A stretch of 64,000 bases of DNA from Eledone cirrhosa (GCA_964016885.1 OZ024742.1:142104001-142168000); one strand, 5' to 3'; positions 1-15,210 are shown, counted from the first letter of the stretch. Numbers and translations: made by a program. The notes: a model not told the origin generated them from the letters alone.

Positions 1-339
1 CGGTATGAAGAAACACAAAACATTGTAGTTGAAAATGTTTAACCACACTTCTATAACCTCGCTAATTACATAATGTGTCTATTGTTGTTGTTGTTTAGCC
101 CCAAATCAATCCTGATCACGCAGATCTATGATCAAACGCATTCCAACCATATTTATACCGTCATTTGTAAATCTAGTTGGAAACCTAAAATAGTTGGAAT
201 AAATACTGCAATGCATTCTATCGACACTCTGAGTCTTCCACTCCCCTTATGCATCATATTATATCATATATATAAGTGCGAGTATTCAAATATTCTAGTT
301 TGTCAACGAAATAGGGAAGGAGTACTCAATATATGTACA

Positions 340-525
340 GTGGTCGATTAGCAGAATTGGTAGAGGGTTGGACATGCTTTCCAGCATAGTTACGTCCCTT
401 TACAATCTGAGTTCAAATTCCGCCAAGGTTAACTTTGCCTTTCATCCTTACGAGGTCGATAAAATAAAGTACCAGTAATGTAGTGAGTAATTGCTGGCCT
501 TGTGCCGAAAGTAGAAACAATCAAT
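340..525 (+). mobile_element. Short interspersed repeat, family A (SINE-like). Further copies near 7300-7505, 7530-7705, 7805-7905(-), 8770-8985(-), 41995-42205(-), 43670-44270(-, interrupted) and 44340-44640
   Basis: Recurrent GAGTTCAAATCC (B-box-like)...AACTTTGCCTTTCATCC...GGTCGATAAAATAAAGTACCAGT core with an (ATT)n tail. Boundaries approximate. Confidence 0.75.
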
Positions 526-1460
526 TATATTATTTATTTGAATTGAATTTCTGAGAAAGACTTTATATTTTCTCAAGTTATATTTTTTTCTTTGATTTTC
601 AAAATAATGTCCTGCTCAATTTTCCACATTACCATATCTCTAGAGATATAAAGAGCGAGGTCGTAGCATTGGTTGATTGAATTTATAGCTAAATACAATG
701 AATATATTACTGGTACTAAATATATCGACTCACAGAGATCAAAGTAACTGAACTATATATATTAAGCACTTAAACCAGTTCTCTAACGTCTAAACGTAAA
801 ATACGTCTTGGCTCTAAACTAAATAATGATAAATAAATAAATATGTCTTGAGATTTTATACGACAGTTTTCTTCACCGGGACAGCAGTATTACATAAATG
901 TCTCATCCAAAAGAAGCCTTCCCTCTGTCCCTCCTCCCGGCTAACATTGCTAACAGTGTGATAATTGAAGTATGAAAATGGTAGCTGCATTTTGGAAGAT
1001 TTAACTTCCAGGCTAAAGGCAAAAATAAACATAACTCACAGAAAGAAGATAGAGCAGGAAATATCTATTTTAGATATGAATAAAACATGAGCAATGGCCT
1101 TATATAATCCCCCGAGAACTGCATTTGTTATTCTTCGAAGAAGAAATTGAGAGGTAGAGAGAGCGAGAGAGAGGGGAGGGGGAGGAGAATATCTTGACTA
1201 GTATGTGTATCTATCTCCCTTCTGGTTTATATTTTAGAATAATAATTGTTTTATTATCACAATTCGTTAATTTAGTATTCAAAATAAATATATAATAGAA
1301 CTAGAAGCATTTTGCATTGGCGACACAATAACTTAGACTTAATTTAGGTATCAAGTCTCGTTTAAATCAGATATTGTACGAGATGGGGTTTGTGTATACC
1401 AACCAATCAACACTGTATAAAGAACACACTCATATACACACATTTATATGAACACACAAA

Positions 1461-1529
<69 letters not shown>

Positions 1530-2244
1530 ACACACACACCCACACATATATATATATATGTGCGTGTGTGTGTGAGTGTGTGTCTTCAAGAAACCACTGG
1601 TAAAAGAATTAATTATCTTATGTTGTTTATTAGATATATATATATAAATTTAAATGTATGTCCCAACGCCAATGATTAAAATAATAATCAATTACTATAA
1701 ATAAGAGGTGAATCATATCGGGCAAAGTACCCCTGAAGACAGAAATAAGTGGACAGTGTAGCAGATACTAATCGTTTGAGGCAGTCACAAAGCACACGAT
1801 GGTGTGAAAAGTTAATACATTTTCATCCAGAATAAACACAAAAAGTTAAGAAAGTGTGACAACTAGAATAAAGCGACCAAATGTCTGTGGCCATAATTAA
1901 TACCACAAAATCGATAAATACAAAACAGGTCGAATATTAACCTGGACCATCTTGAATAGTCAAAAATCGATAAATATCTTCGATAGGTTTTGGGGATTCC
2001 GGGAAGATACACCATGGGTTGCACAATGGGTATGCAAGTCACAGATGCATCTAGTGATAGAACAGGAATATCCCTTCATCGGCAGATCAGAAATATCCAA
2101 AGTAATCCAGTCCCTAGAAGACAGTGGAACATTCTATCGTAATAAATTCGCCTGTGTCATCAGGTGTCTTTTCTCAAAAGAGGAAGGTCAAATTGGCTGA
2201 ACCTTTGGCGGGTAAATTCAAGGTGTGAAAAAAGACATTTTTTT

Positions 2245-2280
<36 letters not shown>

Positions 2281-3219
2281 TATGTGTGTGTGTGTGTGTG
2301 TGTGAATGAAGTATTTCCGTCGGAAAGGTACAGGAAAAAAGAGTGCTCTACGTAGGCTACAGAGCTGAGAGAGAGAGGGGGTGCAGGCATGGCTGTGTGA
2401 TTGAGTTTCCGCAATCCACTGGTTCCAGGTGCAAACCTATTAGGTTGTATATTGAACAACCTCCTTTTTTCTATAGACTCAGGTGAATTAAATTTGGTAG
2501 ACGAAGACTTTGCCCGTCGCATATATGTGTATATTACGGCACTTACATGCACGTAGATGCCAAAACACATTCATACAACTTAATCACACACCAATGCCAT
2601 CAAACACGCACACACACCTACACACACACTCACACACACACACAAACAAGAACTTTATTAGACTGAAAGACGAAATTTCCGTAAACATACGTTTTACGTA
2701 AATATGTTCGTTTTTTTTTTATTATCATCTCATGTATCAGTGCAATTTCCACACTTCTTTTTTTCAGATAATCGAAGCCTAACTGTATCTTTGTTATCGT
2801 TTTCTTTGAATCGTTATTTCTTTAACACCAGAGTACCAAAGGTCATAAATATATTTCAGAATCGGTATATTAAAATGTTTATGATCGCTTTTTTAGGCTA
2901 ATTACTTCTCACGAAAGGCCGGATTGTTGGGCAAGGGAAGTGTCACAACTTTCCGATGAGGCGGGATTTGAACTCAGAATTCACCAAGCCGGAACAGATA
3001 CTGTAAACGATTACGCCAACTTAAGGCCCCTGGATTGGTATTTATTTCTCCATCTTGGCGGGATTTGAACTGAGGGAGGGACGGGTCAAATACCGAGGCA
3101 TTTAATCGGACACTCTAATAACTCTGCCAATTCGTCACTTTTGTTGTCGTTTATATTTTATCATTTGGCCAGAGTTAGCAAAATTAACGAGATTTATTTT
3201 ATCTCTTTTTATTTGCCAG

Positions 3220-3440
3220 GTATATTCGATGGATTGCTATTATCGACAGCTTTGGGAAGATAAACGATTGGCTTCCAACATGAATAGAGAGAACATTTCT
3301 CTGAGCATTAAATTCCTTGAGAGAATTTGGCATCCAGACACTGTGTTCTTTAACGGTCGGAGGTCATATCTTCACACGATCACCACTCCAAATAAATTTA
3401 TACGCCTCAACAGAAATGGTACGATTCTATTTTCCCAAAG
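3220..3440 (+). CDS. Internal exon (221 bp) of a Cys-loop ligand-gated ion channel, GABA-A receptor alpha/GRD-like subunit (extracellular domain)
   Basis: Pyrimidine tract and ccag acceptor ending at 3219; AG|gtaat donor at 3441. Translation VYSMDCYYRQLWEDKRL...IWHPDTVFFNGRRSYLHTITTPNKFIRLNRNGTILFSQ(R) carries the RQxWxDxRL and WxPDTxFxN motifs. The 221-bp size matches the conserved GABA-A exon. Confidence 0.95.
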
Positions 3441-3556
3441 GTAATAACAATAAGAATTACATTTAAATAATCCTGTTATCACCAATAAATTTCTTTTTCT
3501 TTTTCTTCTTTTTTTCTTCTTCTTCTTCTATTATTATTATTATTATTATATTATTA

Positions 3557-3607
<51 letters not shown>

Positions 3608-3609
3608 TC

Positions 3610-5645
3610 TAATTTGATATCTCAGTCATTGATGTTATTTAACCGGAAAAATTGCCCAAACGAACATCAAGTCGCTACCTGCAGCCTCAAATATTCAGGA
3701 CGCATCGGAGGGTCCTTGCTGTTCCCAGTAGTCATATCTTTTGAAGTGTTCAAAAGAAAGGTGCTGGGCTAAAGGTTTTTAGCCAACATTGGAAACTCTT
3801 TGAGACAGTACTCAGTGCTTCTCTTGATCCCACGACAGTCCCAAAACCTTTTCAGTTCCCACTTTAGATCCTGGTACCGGATAATTTTCTCCCTCTCCTT
3901 TTCTTGCACTCTTGTGTTAACGGGGCAAGCTACATCTATAATCAAGCAAGATCTGTTTTCCTAGTAAAAAAAGAACCACTGAGTCAGGCCTATTGTGTTC
4001 TAATTCTTTATCTGTTTGTATCCTGAAATCCCATAGCACCTTCCCCAGATCATTTTCTATCACCGACTCTAGCTTATGCTCAGACCACTTCTCTGGGTGG
4101 GATAAATCATTCAGTTTGCATAAATGCCAGTGGATCTCTTTTCCCCTGATATCATACCTACATCCTTTATAATGAGTGAGGACTAGGTGTTTACACTCGG
4201 ATACGATGTGAGCCACAGCCCCCCCCCCCCCCTCTCTCTCTCTCCGCTGCTACAGAGCGGGCTAGCTTCCTCTTTGTCAATATGATGTTTCATCCATTTT
4301 GTTCTAAGGACTTGCTCCGTTGCACCCAGTACCATTCCATCTGTAGCTTCCTTAAGGTCCCTTTCTTTAACCAGCCTGCGGATCTTTGAATTCTGTTTTC
4401 TTCAAGAAGATGCTGTGAAGGGCTTTTTTCATTCAGGTTGTTCTTCCACTTTGTTTCTTCTTTCTTGAACATCCCCTTGTCTCTTGTCTCCTCCTTTAAT
4501 ACAGTCATAAGCATTGGCTTGCTACTCCCCGACATATATTTATGTAAACAGCTCTTCTCCGTCTGAACACAGTCTTCCACACTGATAAAACGTCTCCCAC
4601 CTTCAGCTCTTACGAAATATAATGTAGGTAGTCATTAATGTCCTTGTCTTTCTATCCAGTTCTTTTTGCTCGTTTACATTCCGGCGTTCATACTATTCAG
4701 ATGTGATTTTAGTACTTTCTTACTCTCCTTATGTTTTTAGATTTTATAATCTCCTTCATTTTATTTTCCTTGATGTTCTTTGCCTCCAAAACACCCAAAT
4801 ACCTATATCCTTCTTCGGTGTGGATCTCCTTTATTACCTCACCCGTTGGTGTCTCCATCCCTTAGCTTCTCTTCAATTTGCTTCTCCTCATCACAAGGAC
4901 TCTGCACTTATTAATACTAAATTCCATACAAATATCATTGCTGAAAATACGAACAGCATTAACAAGTATATCCAAATCCTTCTCGTTCTTCCCGAAGAAT
5001 TTTAGGTCATCCATGAAAAGGAAGTTGTTGATGGTAAGCTCTCCTCTTCCCAGTTCGTATCCAGGCTTCATTCTTCGCGATACGATGGAGAAAAGTATAA
5101 GAGTAAGGCTAAAAAATTAAGACGACAGACCATCTCCTTGGAAGATACTTCTCTTGATTCATTAATCCCAAAGATCCTCCTCTGATGTTAACTTTATCTC
5201 CTAGTTCTTCATGCCATTACTTAACACCAGTATGATGTTGTCTTCTACCTTGAAGATTTCTAGACACTTAGTTATCCAATAATGAGGAACCATGTAGAAT
5301 GCCTTCTTGTAGTTTATCCATCCCATGACAAAACAAATATGCCTCTTCTTGCAGTTCCTTATTATCATCTTTTCAATAAGTAACTGGTCTTTTGTACCAC
5401 AGGACTTCTTTCGGCATCCTTTCTGGTCGTCCGGCAATGATCTCTTTGTGTGGAGGTGGTGGTAATGCTTGTTAGCAATTTCCACATCGAGGACAGACAT
5501 TTATAGGCCTATAGTTGGTAACGCCATTTCCCGTAGCTGGATCTTTCATTATTAGAACCGTGACACATTTTGCCAACCATTGCAGTACTTCACCCGACAT
5601 CAAACAGTTATTGAACACGAGTGGAGAGACGTTATATTCTTAACA
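3610..5645 (-). mobile_element. 5'-truncated, decayed non-LTR retrotransposon of R4/Dong type (RT plus restriction-like endonuclease)
   Basis: Broken ORFs: DQKGCRKKSCGTKDQLLI..WINYKKAFYMVPH (RT), LFMDDLK (catalytic), HIVSEC..IHWHLC..VLWDFRIQTDKELEHNRPD (Zn knuckle and RLE). The 3' end abuts (TAAA)n/(TAA)n at about 3530-3608, the known Dong-type target. Confidence 0.85.
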
Positions 5646-7914
5646 GGTGATTTATGGTTTCGCCGTCTTTTTGTAATTCGTTTTGTTGAGCTCTAGAGTC
5701 AAAGGTATGAGTGCAATGCAAAACATAAAAGGAGAAAATGTATTCTCTTGAAAAATACCACAGTTAATACTTATGCTACTGGAATTTATAGTTCTATCGG
5801 TGAGTGTCAGTGATAGATTTGTGTTCCATAGAGTCGTAGTTTAACAATACTGGTGACATTTTCAAAACATCCAAAGTTTTCAAAATTCATAAGTAGTGAA
5901 CATTATCATACGCTTTTTTACAATCAATCTAAGCAGTATTTAAAGTTATGTGTTTGTTATGATAGTTTTCCAGAATCGTATGGTTAATTAGAAATTAGTC
6001 TTTACAGCCGTAAGATATGCAACGACAACTATGTGCTGGACATGGAAAAGATGATTTTCGTCCATAAATTTGTAGATTGTCTCAGTCAGAATTGAGGTGA
6101 ACATTTTTTATGATGTGCGAAAGCAGGTAATGGAGCGATAATTTTGGGGAATATTTGTTTCGGCCGATTTTGGCAAGAGACATGTTTTACTTTGTGCAAA
6201 CCAATCAGAAGTTTTGCCTAATTTCGTTATAACATTTTACCAATGTATCGTGGGTAGCTGCTAGAGAAGATAACCAGACGTTTGACACTTGGATGATTTG
6301 ATTTATCAATTTCTTTGAGAGACACGTTGTCATCTGTTGGGACTGGTGTGCAGATTAGAGGGACATTTTTCCCCTGGTGGTCTTTAACTTCAATATCTGT
6401 TCTCCTTGTCTGTGTGTATTGGCATATCCCATAGTATAGTTGCTTTGTCATTCTCTGACACCCTTTCTGGTGTATATTTATACCATCTTTATTTTTTGAT
6501 ATTTCATAATGATGGTATAATTTCTAGTGTATGTAAATTTCAAATAAATTATGTCTGTGGATATATCCTTGGATGAGCCTCGGCTGCCAGAGATACTATG
6601 ACTAATTGTTTCTTCCTCATCTTCACATATTCTACTACAGTAACTTAATTTATTGTTTCATTATGTGCTTTTAGTGCTTTCTGGTAGGGAGACAGTAATC
6701 AAGAATACTTGTCTTGATTTCAATGTTGCCTTGATTCCAATGTTGCCTTTAAACCTCACCTTTACCTGTATTATTTTACTTATCTTACTGGTGATGTTGC
6801 ATTGTATTCTATTTTACTTTTATGTTCTTGGTAAAATCACTTTGGTTAGGAGTCGAACTATTTGCTTTCTTTAAAAAAAACATTTTTTTCATGCCATAGA
6901 ATTCTTTGCGGTTTAGCGAGTCTCTTGTTTCATGCGTTCTTTAATTTGTTTTGTTTTTTTGTTCTTTTTTTTGTTGTTTCTTTTTATTAAGGATTGATAT
7001 CTCTTCTTTTACATATTTGTTTTCCATGCTGTATTTTTGACTTTTGATATTCCTATTACAGTATATTACAGTATATTACAGTATATCTAAAATGGTTCCC
7101 ACTTCCCTTTGCAACTGTGGTGGATACTGTACTATAATATTTTATTTAAAACTGTGACAATGGTATTTGTATCTGATTTAATTAAATCTCTGATGATCAG
7201 GGTGGCATTTTTTCTTTATCGTTCTTGTTTTATCATGGAGTTTTCTCCTTGGCAGGTACATTCGTTGGGCCATTATCATCACTATTATCAGTAGTAGTAG
7301 CAAAATGATGGATTGGCAGCATCAGCAGGATGTTGGACAACATCTTTTGTGACATATAGTTACGTTCTGAGTTCAATTCCTGTCGAGGTTAGCTTTGCCT
7401 TTCATCCCTACAGGGTCGATAAAATAAAGTATTCGTAGCGCATTGGAGTCAATTCAATCAACTTGTCCCTACCCACTAAAATTGCTGACCTTGTGCCTAA
7501 ATCAAAGTCATTATTATTATTGTTAATAGGGGCGGTGGATTGGCAGTATCGGACGCCATGCTTTCCAGCATAGTTGTGTCCCTTTACGGTCCGAGTTCAA
7601 ATCCCGCCGAGGTTAACTTTGCCTTTCATTCTTACAGGGTCGATAAAATAAAGCACCAGTAATGTATTGGGTAATTGCTGGCCTGTGCCAAAATTAGAAA
7701 CAATTATTATTATTGTTAATGATAGACGTACTACTGCTGCATGTCATTATGTTATATATAAAGAGAGAGAGAGATAAATGTAATCTGAATTTTTCGAATA
7801 TTAATAATTGTTTCTACTTTAGGCACAAGGCCAGCAATTACCCAGTGCATTACTGGTACTTTATTTTATCGACCTCGTAAGGATGAAAGGCTAAGTCAAC
7901 CTCGAGCCTCTTTA

Positions 7915-8137
7915 AAGCGATGTCAGTAGAATGACGCCGTCATTCTTGCTCTTGTGTTGGTAGAACTGCAGACACTAATGTTTCTGGGTGATTACCTTTC
8001 ATCAGAGGGTGTGGTAAGATACCAGGTGGACTATAACCCACCAGAGTACTCGATCCTTGGGGTAATAGAGTGGGTAATATGAAAAGATTCAGAACCCCGA
8101 TGGCTGAGCTCAGCCGTGTCCGGTACCTGAATCTTTT

Positions 8138-8140
<3 letters not shown>
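7915..8140 (-). mobile_element. Fragment related to the fold-back element at 37035-39108
   Basis: 8005-8075 is reverse-complement similar to 39030-39100. It shares the GGCTGAGCTCAGCCG hairpin and ends at a (TA)n tract. Confidence 0.6.
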
Positions 8141-8175
<35 letters not shown>

Positions 8176-11100
8176 GCTCGTTGTAAAAGTGTTATTGTTG
8201 GTGTAGTGTTGATATTATGTTTGCCATTGTTTGTTAGTGGTTTTTCTTTGCATTATTGTTTATTGCAGACGTTTTTTTATCAATGGCTGCTATTAGCGTT
8301 TACTGTTTTGTTTAATGATTTTCTCGATATTTGTTGTGTCTTGTTCCAGCTATAATTGGTACGGGTTTTTTTTTCTTTCCTTTAACTAGTTAACATTTTA
8401 TAGTTGCAGAAAACTCTCGTAAATTGGTTTTGATTTATTGTTATTGATTTTGTTTTGTTTTGTTTCAAACTTAAATTTTTATGAATATTTAATGCATTCT
8501 TTATTCGAACCCAAAGTAATGAAACCTGTCTACATAACATTTACAACTTTCTATCAAAGTTCTTTTCTTACACCTGCAAGCAAACTACAGTTTCATTGTT
8601 CACACGCAAAGAAAAGCAATGGCATAACCTTCCACTATTTTCACCATCACCGTCTATTTGAGAAGATTACAACTTTTTCTTAATATAAAATATTATTTGT
8701 TGTTTAATTATAACTTCCAGTATTATTAATATCTTCATCAGATTAAAATGAAATGAGTGAAAGATCAAATAATGGTTTCTGATTGAGGCAAAAGGCGAAC
8801 AATTTTGAGGGAAGGGCAAAGTTGATTAAATCGACCCAGTGCGTACTTTATTTCATCGACCCCGTAAGGATGAAAGGCAAAGCTAACTTCGGCGGGATTT
8901 GAACTCAGAACGTAAAGGGATATAGCTCTACGCCACGAAGCAGAGTGCTCGACGCTCTACCGACACTGCCAATCTACCGCCCTTAGTGAAAGATCAAATA
9001 ATAGCAATCAGCAACGGCCGAAATTTTCTGTTATACAGGACATAGAGATTCGAATTAATAATGTATTCTACTAAATGCGGTATGAGGTTGTTGAAAATGA
9101 AGTTGATAAAATTCTTTATAACACAAGAGAAATCGTATTTTGCATGGAAGGTTATTATCGGCAAAATGCCTTGTGATATTTGCTCCTGTCTGTAATCTGA
9201 ATTCAAATCCAGCCGAGGTCAATTCTGCCTTCATCATTTCGAAATTGTAATATATGTTTCGACTTCTTGCGTTCTAAGTTCAAATCCCACTAGGGTATAG
9301 AATTAATCCGTCGTCCGATTTAACACCACCACCTGGATTCTTGGATGTCTTTAGCGCAGTCTATAGTATTTGGACCGGGACTTTGATTTGAGGATACCTT
9401 TCTTCCTCTTTCCCATCAGTCTCCGTTTCTCTGAAATGGGTCATGGGCACTGCCCTTCCCTCTCTGAATGAAACAATTAAAAAAGTCACCTAGTAAAATG
9501 TGGAACTAAACTTGACAGTTTAAAGCTGAAGAAATAAATTGCTTTTAAAAACATTTTATATTTAGTAGAAAAGAGAAAGATGAAAATACTACGTACACCG
9601 AATATTGCTCATAATTTCAGAATAAATTGCAAAGTAATAATATTTATCAAATTTTTATGAAAATCAAACGTCAAAGTGGTCGCTGAGAGTACCAAAGGAA
9701 TCGACTAAACCTAACATTTGTATTATAAATGAAAAATATATGAAATAATACAATATAACACAATTTACTTATACAGGTTTCTAAGCTATTTATAATTAGT
9801 TTTTATTGTCTATTTATTTTAGAGTATATTTACTGATTTATTTATCTATTTACTTCTTTGATTTTGTACATGCTTCTTTTCGATAAGCGTCAATAATGTT
9901 ATGAAGGGGCCAATTGTCTATAAAATTTAGGAATCCCTGCTATAAAATATACTTCTTTTTCCTTTTGAAAATAAAATAAACTTTAGCTACGTGATATATA
10001 GTTCCTGTTTTATGTGTATAAAGCCATAGCAAGTGCGTGCCTTAGTGGTTAGTGTGTTCGGCTGCCGTTCGTAAGGTTGTGAGTTCGATTCTTGGCAACA
10101 CGTTGTGTCTTTGAGCAACATAGTTTATTTCCCCTTCCTCCAGTCCACTCTGCTGTATCTGTACTTCAAAGAGCCAGCCTTGTCACACTTGTATCATGCT
10201 GCATCTCTCTAAGAACTACGTTGGATACACGTGTCTGTGGAATACCTAGCTACATGCAAGTTACTTTCGCAGACAGTCTGTTCCAACGTTTGGTTCACTG
10301 GTGCACTCATCGTTGAAAGCGATGAAGGTCCAACAACATCGACAGCGAATTCTCAGTTGAAATGTAAGCCTTTTCTGAAATATAAACCACTTGGTCATAC
10401 AATGGATACTTGACAATCTCGCCTCATTCAACAACGCCAAGTTATAAATAGGCATTACACAGACCAAAGAACCTTGCCTACTCTCTGCATTCTATCTAAT
10501 CTTAAGCAACGCGTTGTAAAATACTCCACCACCGCTTAGTATAAATTTGTCTTTGACAGTCTTTTATGATTACTATACTATACTATTGCATTACCTAAAA
10601 CACAGGATTACTTTTTAGGTGCCTCAAAATACTTCAGTTCTAGATAGTTGCTGACTCTCTACAGAATGATACCCAACCTTTTTCAGAAAGTGGTCCACAA
10701 AATTCACGAGGCAAATTTTATGGACCATCAATTATAAGCGTTAATTATTTTTAATGGAGAAATTAATCATGCACTGTCTCAGATAAATGCAAATTTACTT
10801 TTAACTTAGATGACTTATGAAAATTTGACTGCTATTTCTAGCAAGTAAAATGACCAAAATGAAGCTCTATCTTTAACTCGCATATGTAGAAATATATAAG
10901 ACAGAGAAAAAAAACAGATGGAAACTTAGAGTAAATAGAAACTCATATTAAGACCAGCTGCCGTTAATGTAAGTTATAATTCATCTCAGAAGTATTATAT
11001 GATTTTTGACAAAATATTGAAATTCAGTTCGATATATTAATTAAATTCTTCAAATTATCTAATATTTAAAGTCCTTTTAACATTTTAAGCACAAATTCAC

Positions 11101-11441
11101 CTGAAACTGCATCAAAGTGTTCGAATTTAAATTAAAACCTTCGACTGACTCATTATTGTATTTGGGTGAACGTCAGTTATTTCACTAAAACTCTTATAAT
11201 TCTTGATTATTTTGATAAAAATGTGAACATAAAAACATAGAGGATAATAAAATCACTTAGTTTACGATATCAATCAATAACTTGTGAATATAGTTTTAAG
11301 GGGATCAATGAAGTCTTTAGAAAATCGGATGAAATATGTGGCTATATTTGTTCCAGCTCTCTGAATTCAAATCCCGTTTTTCGGTGTCAGTGAAAAAAAG
11401 CTTTATCTATTTATCTATTTATCTATTTATCACTTTCTCAT

Positions 11442-11481
<40 letters not shown>

Positions 11482-11778
11482 ATACTTGGGGAGGGTCATA
11501 TTGTTGTAGTAATATTGCCAGATATAATAACAGAACACACTCACTGTTTGGTTGGTTTTCGCTTCTGTATCTTTTATATCTCCATAGTTAATTTATTTTG
11601 CAATTAATGTTTGTTGTTGTTGTGTTCAATGTTTATCATTGATTGACCAACGATTAAAAATACAGATATAAATATATATATATATATAGCCTATCAAAGT
11701 TCTTTCGTTGCACATCTGCAACATCATCAGTGGTACTATTATGTTCCCTCCTATTGTATTGTAATGTCTACATCATTT

Positions 11779-11833
<55 letters not shown>

Positions 11834-12516
11834 TTCTTGCCTCTGTCTCTGCGCATGCGTTTGCGTGTGTGTATAATGTTTGGTGTGTGTATTACAAAAT
11901 AAATATATATATATATCAAGGCTATATACAAACTTACCCCCAATCTAGCCCACGATTCAACATTTTATTTATTTGGATTTTGTAGTTATCTCCCTTAGAT
12001 TTCTTAACCAGAATTTATCGTTTAAATCAATGAATTGCTCTTTTCAATTCAGATATAATTTTAATTAATTGAACATTTTTTAAGCTCGACAGAATATGTT
12101 AGTGCTCATGCTTATTTTTTTATGGGAATTAGCGTAGATATTTTATTTTATAGTGTACTTTAATGTGAATTTCTCTCTTTATAGATTCCATTATTTTTTT
12201 TTTTATGTCAATTTTATTACTCGTTTCAATGCAATTGCTGTACAGCCGTGTAATTGTTATTGTATTTACAGTAACCACTGTTGATATTTTGTCTTGATAC
12301 AATCAACTATTTTGTTATGTTTACTTTTTTCTCATAAATTAAAAGGTTGGCATTTTATGGCATTAGTTTGTCGTTTTCCGGCGGCTATAGCCTGCAATAC
12401 CCAGATTCGAGACAATTCACTCTTGTGGATAACATGAAAATTACAGCTTTTTATTTTTTCACTCAATCACTCACTGTCTGCTCCCTACACCCGCCTCTCT
12501 CTCTCATATATATATC

Positions 12517-12623
<107 letters not shown>

Positions 12624-12624
12624 T

Positions 12625-12725
<101 letters not shown>

Positions 12726-13049
12726 AATGTCTTGTGTTTGTAATTTTTTTTATTTTACAAATTGCATGGTATAACGGCACATAAATTCCTATCATGACTA
12801 TAGTCACACCGAAATATAATGTCTCTATATCATTTACCATTAGGAATATTGTGTATAGTGAGTTCATCATTATTATACTAAGTGTCTGTACAGGTGGCGA
12901 AAATAGGAATAACAAGAGACATGTGTATCAAATGATTTGATCACGATGGGAGACATGCAGCTACCTAGTTTAGAGGAACAGATACCCTTGTAGTAGCGGT
13001 AGACGGAGCAGAGAAAATATTAGTGTGTCTATGACATAATGGTTATAAC

Positions 13050-13890
13050 GTTTCTGTAATTGATATATCAACGTTTTCGTTGAGAGAACGAGTGTCTCAG
13101 TCATTGGAGCATTGATTTTTATTTCTGCAGTACAGTACTCGGCATCAAATCTATTAAGTGCAATTCGGAGATCACCTCCTGGTGAGTTAAGTAGTACCAT
13201 GTCATCTGCACACTTCTGCCGACTTATCCTACATTCGCCAAAGGTGACACTACTTCCAGTCCGACTGTGCATGTCAATCCTGTCCATTAAAATTACGAAC
13301 AGGAGAGGTCACAATAGGCACCCTTGGCGGAATCCAACTCCCACATTGAATGGATTCGACTTAGCACCATTTATCCGAACACAAATACTAGAGCGTTCGT
13401 ATAGAAACAGTGGAGCAACAAGAAACTGTCTATCGATCCGATGCGCCTACAGAACCTTCCACAACAGGTCCCGTGGAATATGATCATGTACCTTTTCGAG
13501 GTCCCTGAAACAAGCATACACCTTTGGGTAATACTCTTACAATTTCTCATAGACCTGTCGCGGTGTGAATATTTGGTCGGCTGTGTTACGTCAGGGGCAA
13601 AAACCACACTGTTCGTCAGCTAGCTTGGACTCGACAATATCCCTACATCTCTTTGCCTGACTCTTATCATAGACATTACAGGGGAGGCTTAAGAAGATCC
13701 TTCTATAATTGGAGCACACTCTCTCTCTCTCTTGTTTGCCTTTTTTGAAAATTAGGATTATAACTCCCAATTGTGATTGGTTAGGTATTTTCCAGAGATC
13801 CAGGCCACCCGACACACACGAGTCGGCCAGAGAATAATACTTTCTGTATTTAATGTTTTTAACATCTGGGACCGAATTTTATTCTGCTGA
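13050..13890 (-). mobile_element. Decayed RTE-like LINE reverse-transcriptase fragment
   Basis: CSNYRRI..LSLP, LADEQCGF, KSNPFNVGVGFRQGC and CADDMVLL motifs across frameshifts. Same family as 49860-50425. Confidence 0.8.
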
Positions 13891-15079
13891 GAGCAGATAA
13901 TGTCGGATGATAGTTATGTTCCTTTTTGAGAACGGCATCACTATGAAACGCCCTCTCTGCTTATTCTAATTCCAACTACTAATCTGCTGTATGAGTGCAG
14001 CATGACCGAACAATTATATAGTCCTGGCTTTGATCCCGCTGCGTAGCATCGTGAGGAAGTGTCATTTGGGTCAAAACTTGTGAGTCAAACTGGGTAGTAG
14101 ACGGAAATTGACAGTTTCTTCACACACTGTCATGTTAAATCTCCTTTTGAATTGCATTAAGGGTGAGTGTATCTGTGGAATGTGTAGCTACTTTTACGTT
14201 AATTTTACGAGCTGACTTGTCTGTTGATTGTATAGTTGGAAGACAGACACATCATCGAAACCAACAGAAATCTACTCCACTGTATTACATTCTACTAAGC
14301 AGTTAAAATTCAAAATGAACATAAGCACTCCAGTTGAGAGGAGCTGAAAATGTTCTCTAATACTGTCACCTTCCCTCAGATATAAAACAAGTGAAATGCA
14401 TTGTGTTTGATGTTCAAATCCCCCAATATTAGTTATGATGACGATTTATATTGTCTTGTTAAATTGAACCAACATGTACGATTATTATACATAAATATTG
14501 TACATGCTTTCATATAGGATTATATCGTGACCAATAAAATATCCGTGATGACTAATTCTTACAACATTAGTTATAATAAAAGACTATTTATATTTTCTTT
14601 GTTTAAGTGAGCCAGAGTATACGTGCTTACCTCTTGTAATGTGTCAGCAAGAAATTGTTTATGCTTTCATATGTGTTCATATGTTAGCAAATAGTTGATA
14701 TGTTTATGCTTTCATATATGCGCTAATATGTTAGTAAATGTACTAGCATGTAGAAAGTGCAGAGGAACCTTTAGACATACTTTTGTCATAAACTAAGATA
14801 AGAATTTTAACGGCTTCTTTCCTGTATCAGACACGTCAGAATATACACGATTATGCGGTCATATATGGAAATACCTAACTTCCAATCTTTCTCCAAGTGT
14901 TTTTCACACTGAATCCTATCTTCATTTTACCCTCGTCCTCGTTTTTCTTTTTTACATATCGCTTTCTTACTCTCTCTGCCCTTCATTCTCTTTGCCTCTA
15001 TATCTCTTTCACACTCTCTTTATCTCACTCTTTTTTTCTCTCACACGTACACATTATTCTCCTATCTCTCTGTTTCATG

Positions 15080-15114
<35 letters not shown>

Positions 15115-15126
15115 GTGTGTGTCTGT

Positions 15127-15202
<76 letters not shown>

Positions 15203-15210
15203 ACGTGTGT

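Noticed and set aside
1952-2230. Possible PLE RT fragment on the minus strand
   Set aside because: Only a weak PMVSS-like remnant; too decayed to call.
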